Of a DNA stretch of 64,000 bases, positions 21,801 to 32,500 are shown one piece after another. The DNA comes from Zygnema circumcarinatum SAG 698-1b. Taxonomy: Eukaryota; Plantae; Zygnematophyceae. Below the pieces are notes generated by a model. It saw nothing but the letters and a program-made list of their open reading frames with translations. It was not told the DNA's origin and did not search any database. The number at the start of each line of letters is the position of its first letter. Positions within the stretch are counted from its first letter, which is position 1. The position numbers and the translations under genes were made by a program. The stretch spans positions 2,418,001 through 2,482,000 of the forward strand of contig CM074817.1 in the NCBI GenBank assembly GCA_037447605.1, written 5' to 3'.

Positions 21801-23914
21801 AGCAGTTGCCGGCTACAGCCACTCTGCAGAAGTCAGCGTTGTTGAAACCGATCTTAGGAGTCTCCGAAAGGTAATTTCCGGTAACGTCGATGTAGACGTC
21901 TGCAAAGGCTTTGAAGCGGATCTGCAGTCGGCCGGTCAATAAGTTGTTGCGGAGGAGTCTGCACAGCAAAATTTTGTGGGCTCAGCCCTCAATAAGGCTT
22001 CACTTTTGAACAGTTTTGTGCTTTGCCAATGCTGGCAATGCTATAAACAAGCGCTATCCAATCACACGCTCGAGCATTCAATCGGGTACAGCAATTTTTC
22101 AGACCTGCAAACACAAATAAGGGACTCACATGAGCAGGGAATTCGTGAGAGAACCAATTGACGTAGGAATGGCTCCTCTGAGACGATTATAGGAGAGGTC
22201 CCTGCCCATAGTCCCATGCCATACGGCGCATTTTCTCAGAGCAGAATTGCATGCGATGCACAACCTTCACGATCCTTGCACAAAAAAACCCTTCAACCCT
22301 AGAATCCCAAAAGAGTGAAGTGATTATGTGCCGACATGTACTCCAAGCTGGAAAGGCTTCCAATCGTTGCAGGAATGTTGCCGCTCAACTGGTTGCGGCA
22401 GAGGCGGCTGTGGGGCCCACATGCACCAAAAAGGTCAGTTGGTTACTCTTTCGGCGACTATAAGGTTAATCTGCAGAACGTTATACTTGACAGGAAGCAA
22501 GCAAAAGGCAAAAGCGGCTGCATGTTCCTAGCTGATGTTTGATACTTACAGATTGGTCAAGTTGGTAAGGTTTCCGATTGAAATTGGGATCTCCCCAACG
22601 AGATCATTACCGGACAGGTCCCTGGAGAAGCAGCGAGGCTCTGATTTGTAAGATCACAATCGTTCTAATTCTGAAAAGGATACGAAGCAATTTGATTTCT
22701 GTTTCACACCAAAGCAAGTGTACAGAGTATCGAAAAACTACTACAAAACAAGAGAAAGCATTTGGAAAGCCTTACAAGCTTCTCAGGTTCACGAGTCGAT
22801 CTATGTTTGGGGGGATAACAGAGCTTAGGAAGTTGTCAGATAAATCCCTGCAAATAAAACGGCAAAAAACCGGATTCAAATCACCAGAGAGACAGTGGCT
22901 AAAAATGGTTCTCGACTATTTGTAGGTGATTATTGAATCCACATATTTCATCATATTGCATTTATGGACAGTCTTCGGACGACTCTTGTCTTGTCTTGAT
23001 GCGGCTTCATCACACCTCCCCCGACTGTTTTATCATATATACTGATGGTCTAGAATGCATGAAAAGACAACTAAACAAAAGAGACATATAATGTCGAACA
23101 CTCACAATCGCTGAAGAGTTGTGATGCTGGTGATCGACGAAGAGATGACGCCTAGAAGCGCAGTTTGCTTCAAGTTTCTGCCAACACACGTAGTGCAACA
23201 AAATCATTAGTTAAAGGAGAATTGGAGTAGTGAAATGTTGCAAGATGTCATGGTTTGTGACATGACCCGTTAGGGGATGAAGGGCACAGCGAGGCCGTAC
23301 ATGGCCACAACAGTGCGCCGTCCGCCGCAGTCGACGCCGCGCCATTGGCAGAAGTTGGGCGTTGTGGCCACCCACGAGTCGAGCGCGCCGGAGGGGTCCG
23401 AAGTGATGCCGCTCTTGAACTGCAGGAGGGCGCTCGCTGCGGCACTCGCTGCAGGGGGAACGGCGACGAGCATGAGGGAGGGAGGGAGGGAGGGAGGGAG
23501 GAAGGGAACGTTCTCGCAATCATATTCAGTTGAATGACTGATCGGTCTAATCGCTGAATTCTATTCGACCCTTTCGTCACTCACAATCCAATCGATTCCA
23601 ACTAGAACTTAAGGAGTACTAGGAGTACTAAGTTCTGTTTCCCTTTTATTCCCTTCTGTTTCGCATGCATGTATACATCTTGGGCTTGCACTCCTAGGCT
23701 ACTTCAAAAAAATATCAGGGCTTCTTGTACCTGGAGGAGGTGGACGAATGGGAGGAAGGGGTGGTGATGGAGGAGACAGAGGAACTGGGGGAGGAGGAGA
23801 AAAGGGAGAAGTTGGAGGTAGACGAAAGGGAGGGCGAGGACTGGGAGAACGAGCACTGGGAGGACGAGCACTGGGAGGAGGCCCACAGGGAGGAGGCCGA
23901 CTGGGAGGAGGTAA
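21609..23914 (-). pseudogene. 5'-truncated LRR gene paralog: partial Pro-rich exon, LRRNT, 5 LRR exons, cap/EGF exon (second module only)
   Basis: Exons 23914-23731 (acceptor replaced by unrelated AT-rich DNA), 23448-23301, 23177-23106, 22847-22776, 22621-22550, 22407-22336, 22201-22130, 21958-21609. All are open, but there is no upstream first module or signal-peptide exon. Confidence 0.75.
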
Positions 23915-24741
23915 TTAAAAGGAATAAAATTGAATATGTAACTCCTAAATTTGGATTTGAAATTGCTGTTTTTTCTTTATTTTTCCATTTTTTATTTGGG
24001 GTTTTGAGGATGTTCTGGGTTTAAGGGGTCTTAAGGGGATCCTGGCGTTGAATGCGGATTTAGGAGTTTCTCTGCTATAATTTTTAGGGTTTAGGATTTT
24101 GCATTTTTAGGCTATCAGGGCTTAAAGTTACGTTTACTTATATTTTTAGTCTTTTTTAAAACTTATCGTCACCAGTTTTGTAAGTACCCTAGGCCCCTCT
24201 CGGAGAAATCTCTGTACATCTTAGGGGCTTTAGGCTCTGTGGTTTTCGGCTCTTCAACGGGCTCTTGGCCCTTTCGGTTTTGGGTATGGTAATTTTGCGG
24301 TTCCCGGTGCTAATGAAGCTTTTGTGAGATGGTGAGATGCAGGCAGGTGCCAGATGGGAGTGGCGGCGGCGGCGCGTGCAGGCGGCAGNNNNNNNNNNNN
24401 NNNNNNNNNNNNNNNNNNNNNNNNNNNNNNNNNNNNNNNNNNNNNNNNNNNNNNNNNNNNNNNNNNNNNNNNNNNNNNNNNNNNNNNNAGATGCAGTGGG
24501 AGGCGGGAGGCAGGCAGGCAAGAAGGCAGACAGACGCAGGCAAGAAAGCAAGCAAGGAGAGAGGCAGGGAAGCAGGAAAGCAAGAAGGGAGAGTGGCAAG
24601 CAAACAGGGAGAGAGGCAGAGAGGCAGGAAAGCAGGTAAGCAGGAAGATAGGCAGGCAGGCTTAAATCGGCAGTCAACTAAGTTTGTTTCTGAGCAAGTT
24701 GTCGAGACGTTGGGTTGGGAGATGCAAATGTAAAAAGCTAC

Positions 24742-26329
24742 CGCACAACAAGCTTGTTTATAGGAGTCAGCACATTTTTTACACGAATACCATCGTTGCC
24801 AACTGATGCAACGCTCGCACTTTGCCACTCCATGTTCTACTTCCTTCTGGTAAAAGCTGCAATTCCCATCCTTCCCACCCGATCTCTCTCATGAGTTTGC
24901 ATTGCTATAAAAAATAGGGACGAGTACCATGATCGCAATACGAGCATTGCAACATTGTTACAATCTGCATTCATTTACAAATGCGAGTACTGCTGCTGAA
25001 TATCGGGAGGCTCAAGTGAAGCAAATATGCTATGACACCCGTACGCTTGTGAAGGCAAGTCAAACTGTCAAAAGAAAACGCATTTCACACCTTGTTAACA
25101 TCGAGTATGGACGTTGTTTCGGCACCCACATTTGTCTTTGCAGCTGTGCGATCAAAAAGAGGCAATCGCCTGTTTGTGGGTCGATGCAATATAACAGACG
25201 TATAAATTCCAAGAACAGGAAGGGTAGACGAGTATGGAATTCGAGGAGGTGCAGTAGTGCGACTTTGAAGTCCAAAATATAACAGAAGAGCTGGGAATAG
25301 GAGCAGGTGGCTGGAGAAGGAAAAAAAGGGAATGAAAACACCAGCAAATTAGAAAAAATTGGAATGAAGTAACTATGAGTTTAAACAAACTTAAGAAATC
25401 AGCAATGTTTTTCTTAAAAGTTGTTTTGTTTTTTAAAAACATAGAATTCTGTGGGATATGCAAATGTAAAACAATACCGCACAGCACGCAGCTCAAAGGA
25501 AAATGTGGCAGTGTATACATTTTTAGCATTATTCGTATCGTTGCCTCTGGATGCAACGCTCGCACAAAGCCGCTCCATGCGCCTGCAAGTAAATGCAATT
25601 CCTGCCCGAGGGAGGGAAGCAAGCAGGCGGGCAGGGAGGAAGGAAAGCAAGCAGGCGGGCAAGGAGGGAGGGAACCAAGCAAGCGGGCAGGGAGGGAGGG
25701 CCTTCTTGAGCTGCACCGTGTCCTTTTCTAACGCTTGAGCCCTGGGGGAGAGGGAGAGGGAGGGGGAGGGAGGGAGAGAGAGTGAAAGTGAGTGAGTGAC
25801 CAAAGCTCTCCGCCCATCTCTAAAGAATTCGCGATTTTGCGGTTAAAATTAGCATCCAGGATAAAATGACTCCCAAAAGAACACAAGCTCTTTCCTAACC
25901 TGACCACTAACCCGATCTCGAACCCTAACCCTAACAAGAATCCAAACCTCAGCATACAGGGCGGCGGCAGACAGGGCAAGTCACTTTCGCAGTGTTTTCA
26001 AGTTCACTCTTGTCCCAGTTCTCCCATCTCTTGCGAATCTCAATCGCATACTCCTCTCGCAACTTCTTTGTCTTCCTTAAAATCTCCTCCTTTCTGTCTT
26101 CATCGTCGAAGTCACTTTCATCATATTCATCTTCGGGGTCATTTTCTCCTTCACGTGCATCTCCAGCATACTCTCTACTCCTTCCGTCACTTGAACGTTC
26201 TGCTCACCCTACATCTCCCCATCCTCTGCTTCTGCCGCAGGCCGCGCATTGAATCCCGGAGAGAGTGCAGAGTGACTGCTGGAAGGCCGTTGATAGTGGT
26301 GGGAGGGATTCAATGCGCTTGAGCTTGTC
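24742..26329 (-). pseudogene. Unknown Cys-rich (putative zinc-binding) protein gene fragment
   Basis: Phase-0 exons: 26329-25958 (QCAAC...acidic tract...VTCPVCRRP, in-frame TGA at 26204-26206), 25582-25478 (AHGAALCERC..., 3 stops), 24846-24742 (KEVEHGVAKCERCISWQRWYSCKKCADSYKQACCA, open). All have GT-AG borders. Confidence 0.6.
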
Positions 26330-26639
26330 CTGAAGAGCAAGATACGGAGAGAAGAGGGAGAGGGAGAGGGAGAGGGAGAGAGGTCAGGCAAAGGAGCGAG
26401 AGAGTTTTTTCATCCGTCTTTCAGAAGCACCTGAGCGAACTGTGAGGGAGAGAGGGAGAGGGAGAGGGAGAGGGAGAGGGAGAGGGAAAACGATAAGAGT
26501 GTAGTGTACAATAGGGGTATGGTACAACGTAGTACACTTTTCGGTCCTTAGCTAGTGTCGGCGGTCCTTGGTAGATACGGTCACAGTCTGAACAGTGCGC
26601 TAGAGCGCTGTTCTGAGTCGGAAGACGTTCAGGTTTAAA

Positions 26640-27220
26640 TAGGACACGTGGCGGGCGGCGATAGGCCACGCCACCCAGTGGAGTTCGCCAGTCTCCATCA
26701 GCCCGTTTCGTAACGACCTCATTACGGTCCACGTAGGACGCCGTTTTGCAGGTAAAATGACGAGTTCCATCAAAACGCCGTTTTCCAATCAGCGATCGCC
26801 ACGTGAACGATTTGAAGCGTCCGCCGTGGCCCACCGCGGTTACCGTACGGCAGGGTTGAAGGATCATCAGCAACGGCTGCCCCCACTTTGTTGCGACCTG
26901 CGACCACGACCGGCGGTCACCGAGCGTTGACGGCTTCCAGCCAACGTGGCAGTCGCACGCTGGCGTATCTTTTGTAGCCACGTGGCGGCACGCGAATGGT
27001 CGTAATGGCGTTACACCCCCTTCTTCGGACCGAACTTCCTAGGGAACGGGGCCTCGTGGTAACGTGGCAGGGGCCTCGTGGTAACGTGGCAGCCACGTCG
27101 GCGCCACGTTGGTGGAAACGGCCTCATGGAACCCATGGGTCGTCGTCCATTACGACGCCACATCGGAATAACGGGCTGATGGAAACTGGCCCAGTCATGT
27201 GTAGACACGTGGCGCGCGAT
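26640..27220. promoter_or_regulatory. GC-rich G-box/ABRE (CCACGTGG, ACGTGG)-dense dispersed repeat; homologs at 51920-52330 and 60890-61200
   Basis: ccgtggcccaccgcggtta is shared with 51920-52330; gccacgtggcg..cgc.a.tgg occurs in all three; many ACGT cores. Confidence 0.5.
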
Positions 27221-28427
27221 GATAGGTCAGGCGGCTATGGGTTAGCTTAGTACGGATTATTGGAGACGCGAAGAAGCGCGGAAGTTTCGGAGCGATGGAG
27301 GAGCTTTTCGGAGGGGAGTTTCGGTACGGACGCTCCCCTCCCCATGGCGGCCTCCCGAGCTGAGCTCCCGCGCGGTGCGGAGCAAACTCCAGAAGGCGCG
27401 GAGCGACCTCGACGACATGGAGGTGGATCNNNNNNNNNNTGAGTGTAGAGGCCTGCTGTATGGGCAGCAGTAGATAGGTGTGTAGGGCAGAGCAGTAGGA
27501 ATCGCCTGAGGGCTGAGTTTCTGTGTGTAACCCTTTCCTATTTATTTTCAGGAGTTTTGAGCCGGTGGGGCTTTCTCCTCTTACTTCATTTCTCAGTGTC
27601 TTTTCCTTTTCAGTTTTCATTCTCTCTTTCCGGTGTGTGCATTGGGGAGGGTGTGTTCACTGAAGTGCAAGGATGTCTGAGAGTGCAGCAAGTGAGAGAG
27701 ACCAGGCATTAGTTTCCAACAAAGAGCCCTTCCAGCTGACATGCATTCAAAATCTCAGCTGTGAAGCAAGAAAGAAGGGTGCGATTCCCGACATTCATAA
27801 GCAAAAAGAAATGCATACACAGATAGACGAGACATCAATTTGCATATCATTTGAAAGCTCACAAACGAGGGAACCTGTACCTGATATGCTGAATGTGAGC
27901 GGTCCATGTTCGATCCCAAAAAAATGGCTCTGTCGAACTGCAATGAAAGGAGTGGGGGATAGATGATTCCTCCTCAATTCAATTCCTCAATCCTGAATTA
28001 CTAAGTAAAGTTCTGACTGAAATTCCACAAAATCAGGTCTGTGTTCTGTGGGTCCTATATAGCACTCACACTTAAACCCAGCCGCCAACATGTTCATGTT
28101 CAACAACAACATGTGGGTCCTACGATTACAGAGGGTCCTCCCCCACTCTCTATTCCTCAATCCCTTTCCCCCTTCCTCCCTCCTTCCCTCCCTCCCTCCC
28201 TCCCTCCCTCCCTCCCTCCCTCTCCCTTTCCCCGCCTTCCCTGCTCCCTCTCTCATTCTCTCCCTCTCTCTCCCCCACTCTCTATCCCTCAATCCCATCC
28301 CCCCCTTCCTCCGTCCTTCCCTCCCTCCCTCCCTCCCTCTCCCTCCTCTCCCTCCCTCCCTCCCTCTCCCTCCTCTCCCTCCCTCCCTCCCTCCCCCTCT
28401 CTCCCTCCTTCACTCTCCCTCCCTCAC

Positions 28428-28476
28428 CTGCAGCAGCTTCCCGGCGCTTCTCCTCCTTCTCCTCAGCAGCAGCCAT
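28428..28476 (-). pseudogene. SNAPC3: SNAPC3 copy 4: isolated exon 1 carrying the same internal deletion as copy 2
   Basis: 49-nt MAAAEEKEEKRREAAA(G) exon; flanks match ~15620-15960. Confidence 0.75.
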
Positions 28477-28955
28477 GGCGTCGCGGAGCTCTCGTCCCGG
28501 ACGCCTCTGCCTCGCAGCCGGCGTGCCGAGGGAGGCCCCCCCACGGCTTCCCCCTGCCTCTGCGAACGCCACGTGGCCCGCCGTGGAGGGCACGCAACAT
28601 TCGGGCTGGGGGTCGGTACATCGTGCGGTACTGTGGCCTCAATACGATACGATACAATACGATACGATACATAGGGTTAGGTTCCAAATTGGGGTTAGGG
28701 TCCGGACTTGGGCTCCGGCCCGTTGAAGGGATGAAGGGGGTCGGTTTTCACTTTTTTCGGGTTATTTGGATGTGTTTTTCTTTTTATTTTCCAGAGATTA
28801 ACAGGAGTTTCGGCTTCCTCGTCATTATATGGTTTTCACCTGAGTCTCATGGTGACAGCTGTCTCCTTTTGAGAGCATGTGGATGCATAGAAACAGTAAA
28901 GCGTGGTGTGTTAATATAGATGTGAACACTATTCATGTAAAGGAAATGCTTTTAC

Positions 28956-29631
28956 CCGATGTCGCACGGTTGAGAGAGCAGAAAGGGGTCCTCAAGCGCC
29001 TCCTCCCACTCCTGCAATATTCGAGATTCAAAAAGCTTCAGATATAAAGGGAAAAAGGAAAAGGAAAATTTTCGGTCACGACCGCATATGAAATTTAGCG
29101 TATACCCCCCTCGCCCCCTCTCTCTCTCACACTCTCCTCGTCCCTCTCACTCCACCTGGCTCTCCCTCCATCCCTCTCAGCCCTTATCTGCATCCCCCCC
29201 ACTCTCTCTGCCCTTATCTATCTATATCCATCCCACTCCCTATCCCTCACTCCCTTCCGTTCCCCCCTCCCTCTCCCTTTCCCCACCTTCTCTGCCCCCA
29301 CTCTCTTTCTCTCTCCTCTCTCCCCCACTCTCTATCCCTCAATCCCTTCCCCCCCTTCCTCCCTCCTTCCCTCCCTCCCTCCTTCTCTCTCCCTCCTTCA
29401 CTCTCCCTCCCTCACCTGAAGCAGCTTCCCCATTCGGCGCAGGAAGGCCCCGGCCGACAGCGTGCCGCTCCTAAAGCCGTGCAGAAGGATGGGCCCGCCC
29501 GCCGCTCCCACGACTGCGCACTGCTCCTCCTCCTCCCCGCCTCCTACTCCTCCGCTCCCCTCCTCCTGCTCCCCTCCCTCCTCCTCCTCCCTCTCCTCTT
29601 CCTCCTCCTCCTCCTCCTCCTCCTCCTCCAT
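28956..29631 (-). pseudogene. SNAPC3: SNAPC3 copy 3: intact exons 1-2 only, truncated in intron 2 at ~28742
   Basis: Exon 29631-29416 (MEEEE...AAGGPILLHGFRSGTLSAGAFLRRMGKLLQ) and exon 29011-28956 (EWEEALEDPF); exon 3 is absent. Confidence 0.8.
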
Positions 29632-30154
29632 GGCGTCGCAGCCGGCGTGCCGACGGGGGCCCCCGCACGGCTTCCCCCTGCCTCTGCGAACGCTACATGG
29701 CCCGCAGTGGAGGGCACGCAACATTCGGGCTGGGAGGGATGAAGGGGTCGGTACATCGCGCGGTACTGTATCCTCAATACGAGACGATACGCTACGATAC
29801 GATGCATATGAAAGTACGGTATTATGGATTGCACGATATGCATCGCGTACTGAGCCGTATCGTTCGGCATGCGACCTTTTTAGTCGGTGGTTACCGGAGT
29901 TGGTTATAGGACCACATGCCGCCTAGTATTTGGTTTGGAATCCGCAATTCCGCCATGGCTTTGTACCTTTTGATGGCTTTGCCATTGCACGGTGTTCAAT
30001 AAAGGTACAATTAAAGTTCTTGAAATTGTGGTCAGTTTTATGGTTCATAATTGGATCAAAATCCGAAAAAGATTCAATATGATTTTGATCATCATCATTA
30101 AGGATGAAAGATTGCAATGAGTTTGTTGTAGTTGAGCCAAATTCAAAAAAACGT

Positions 30155-31169
30155 GTTACTACCTTACACACCCAGTCCTCAGTATATAGTAAGGGGCTGT
30201 CACGTCACTCACGCTGGGACCATGCATGCAACAACCTTAATTCAAACAACCTTTTAAACTACTTCGTGTCTTGCTATGCAAAGTACGTCTAGCCTGGTAA
30301 CGTACCAACACCACCGCACTAACCCAGGTGGGCATGCACTCTACCGCCGGCTATACATCCCGCCTTCCTCACAGGGACTTCCGTACTCAAAGTAGGCTCC
30401 GCCGCCTCCTTGCCGCCACAACATTCCAAGACTCCACGCTCTAGAAAAGATTCCTCAGAGCAATGTCGAATGTCGGACCTCCCGACCGCACGATCAGCAT
30501 CGGCCGCTCGGTCGGTCTCATCTCCTTGACCGTCGATCCGCATCAGCCGCTCAGTCAGTCTCGCCTCCGCGCGCACGCTCCTGAGTCGTACAAGCTTGAA
30601 GCATGTCTACTCCCATACAGCTCACACCTGATACGTGGCGCCTTCCCATTCGCCACTGTCCTCCAGATGAGACGCTGCTGACTCCGCGCCTCATGCTGAT
30701 TCGTCGCGCCGACATCTCAGCACCGACCAACGTCCGTACCTCTAAAGTACATACTGTACCGAATCATGCGTTATGTCACGCACGGAGATCACGCCTTGAT
30801 TCGCGCGCTGTCGCGACCAATCATGTCGCTTCAACAAATCCGCCTCTCGCGTCCAAATCACTGAGTCCGTACATTTCTGATTCATCTGTACAGTCATGCG
30901 CCGTCCGTACGGCCACGCTCCATCTAATCAGGCGCATCCCACGCGCCCCCTGTGGTACAGTCTAGGCCTAAGCCGTAAACCTACGACCCTAGACTTGCCC
31001 TAGACCTTGCCGTACCATGCCTAACAAAATGGGCATTTCCCCCATGTTCACTCCTATACCAAACATGACCATTCATGCATGACATTGTCCCAACACAACA
31101 TTGTTCTCCTAGACAACACTCATGCGAGGAACTAAGTACCAACAACCTTGATGTACCTATACATCGACA
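30155..31169 (-). mobile_element. Second copy of the solo LTR, truncated by a deletion that fuses it to the SNAPC3 upstream region
   Basis: Closely matches 17703-18722; right junction ...tcgaCA-cagct-cacacattag is retained. Confidence 0.85.
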
Positions 31170-32500
31170 CAGCTCACACATTAGATCATCCTTTCATGGA
31201 AGGCAAGATGTTGAGTAGTGAGGATGAAGCCGAAAGCCCTCACATGCGTGCGGAATTTGTGAGGGAACCGATTGAAGTAGGAATGGCTCCGCTGAGACGA
31301 TTAGAGGAGAGGTCCTTGCCATGCCATAACGTGGATTTGCTTAGAGCAGAGGAGGCATACTATGCATAGTCCAATGTCAGGCTTTACTCCTTAGCTCTTT
31401 CGTAATTTTGAGGACAAACAAAATCTCTGTCAGGATTTAGGGTCCGTAAAACCCTCGAACCCTAAACCCCTAGAAGCCTTTAAAAACCTGCAACCCTAAA
31501 AGCAAGGTTGCGCGGCGTCCACATGGGCCTCAGCAGTGCTAAAGGCGACAACAGCTGCCGCCTGGCGTGTTCTCATTGTACAGCTCTGTTTGTCGCCGGA
31601 CACGCAGACGGCGCCAACTCCTGTTGAAGTGCTGAGTGTGGTTTGGGTTTGCAACTTCAGAAAGGGAACACGAAAAACAAATGAGCACAAATATGGACCA
31701 AATTTATACCAACCAAAAATTATCAAGCACATTGCACAATTTCAAGATAAACTAAAAACTTGCCCTCAACTCGCGCATTCTCCACTTTCATACATCCACA
31801 AAAAACATCACTTTCCAAGCGCACAAACAACAGAAACTGCAGAGCCCAAATTTTCTCAAAAGGAGCTGAGTTCGGCTGACCAGTCAACACACCAAACCTA
31901 ATATCCAAACCAAAAAATAACGACGTTTTGAGGGTCCTTCGACCGCAGGGCGGACGGCGAGTCTGTCTTTCTCGGATGCCTTTTGGCCCTCTCATCAAAA
32001 GCACACAAAAACTGTAACTGAATGCATGTAGAGCCTTTTAGGGTTTAAGCAGAGTGCTGCGCCATGTGCGTTCTGCCGCACGCGTGCCTCGAGTCTCCAA
32101 CTCATAACTTAGACGATAGCTCAAATTCTTCGCAATCAGTACTGAAGAAAGGTCCCATTCTCTTCTTGAAGATGTGCATTGTGATTGGCCCGCCATCCAA
32201 CCTCTGCATTCACAGGTCATGCCACCAATATGAGCCCCCGACATATCTCCACGCAATTATCTGACACAGCTTGTGACTAAAACAACAAAACTCATCCCTC
32301 ACATGACATGTTTTCTCCCTCCTTAACCCGTCTCCTTCGTCTACCTCTTCCCTACGCCTCTTCCCACCTCTGTCACTTCTTTTACCTTCCTGTAACATCC
32401 AGGTAACATCTTCCCCCCCCCACCCCCTGCCCCTCTCTTTTCTCCTCGTTTATTCTTCATTTTCATCTTCATCACCCGAGGAAAGGCAGCAAATACTCAC

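Noticed and set aside
27260-27429. Plus-strand GC-rich possible first exon before the gap
   Set aside because: Frame ambiguous, no recognisable product, interrupted by Ns
27755-28130. Possible minus-strand exons THMLLLNMNMLAAGFK and FDRAIFLGSNMDRSHSAYQ, vaguely helicase-C-like
   Set aside because: Splice sites are plausible but there is no convincing motif or consistent gene model; needs an HMM search
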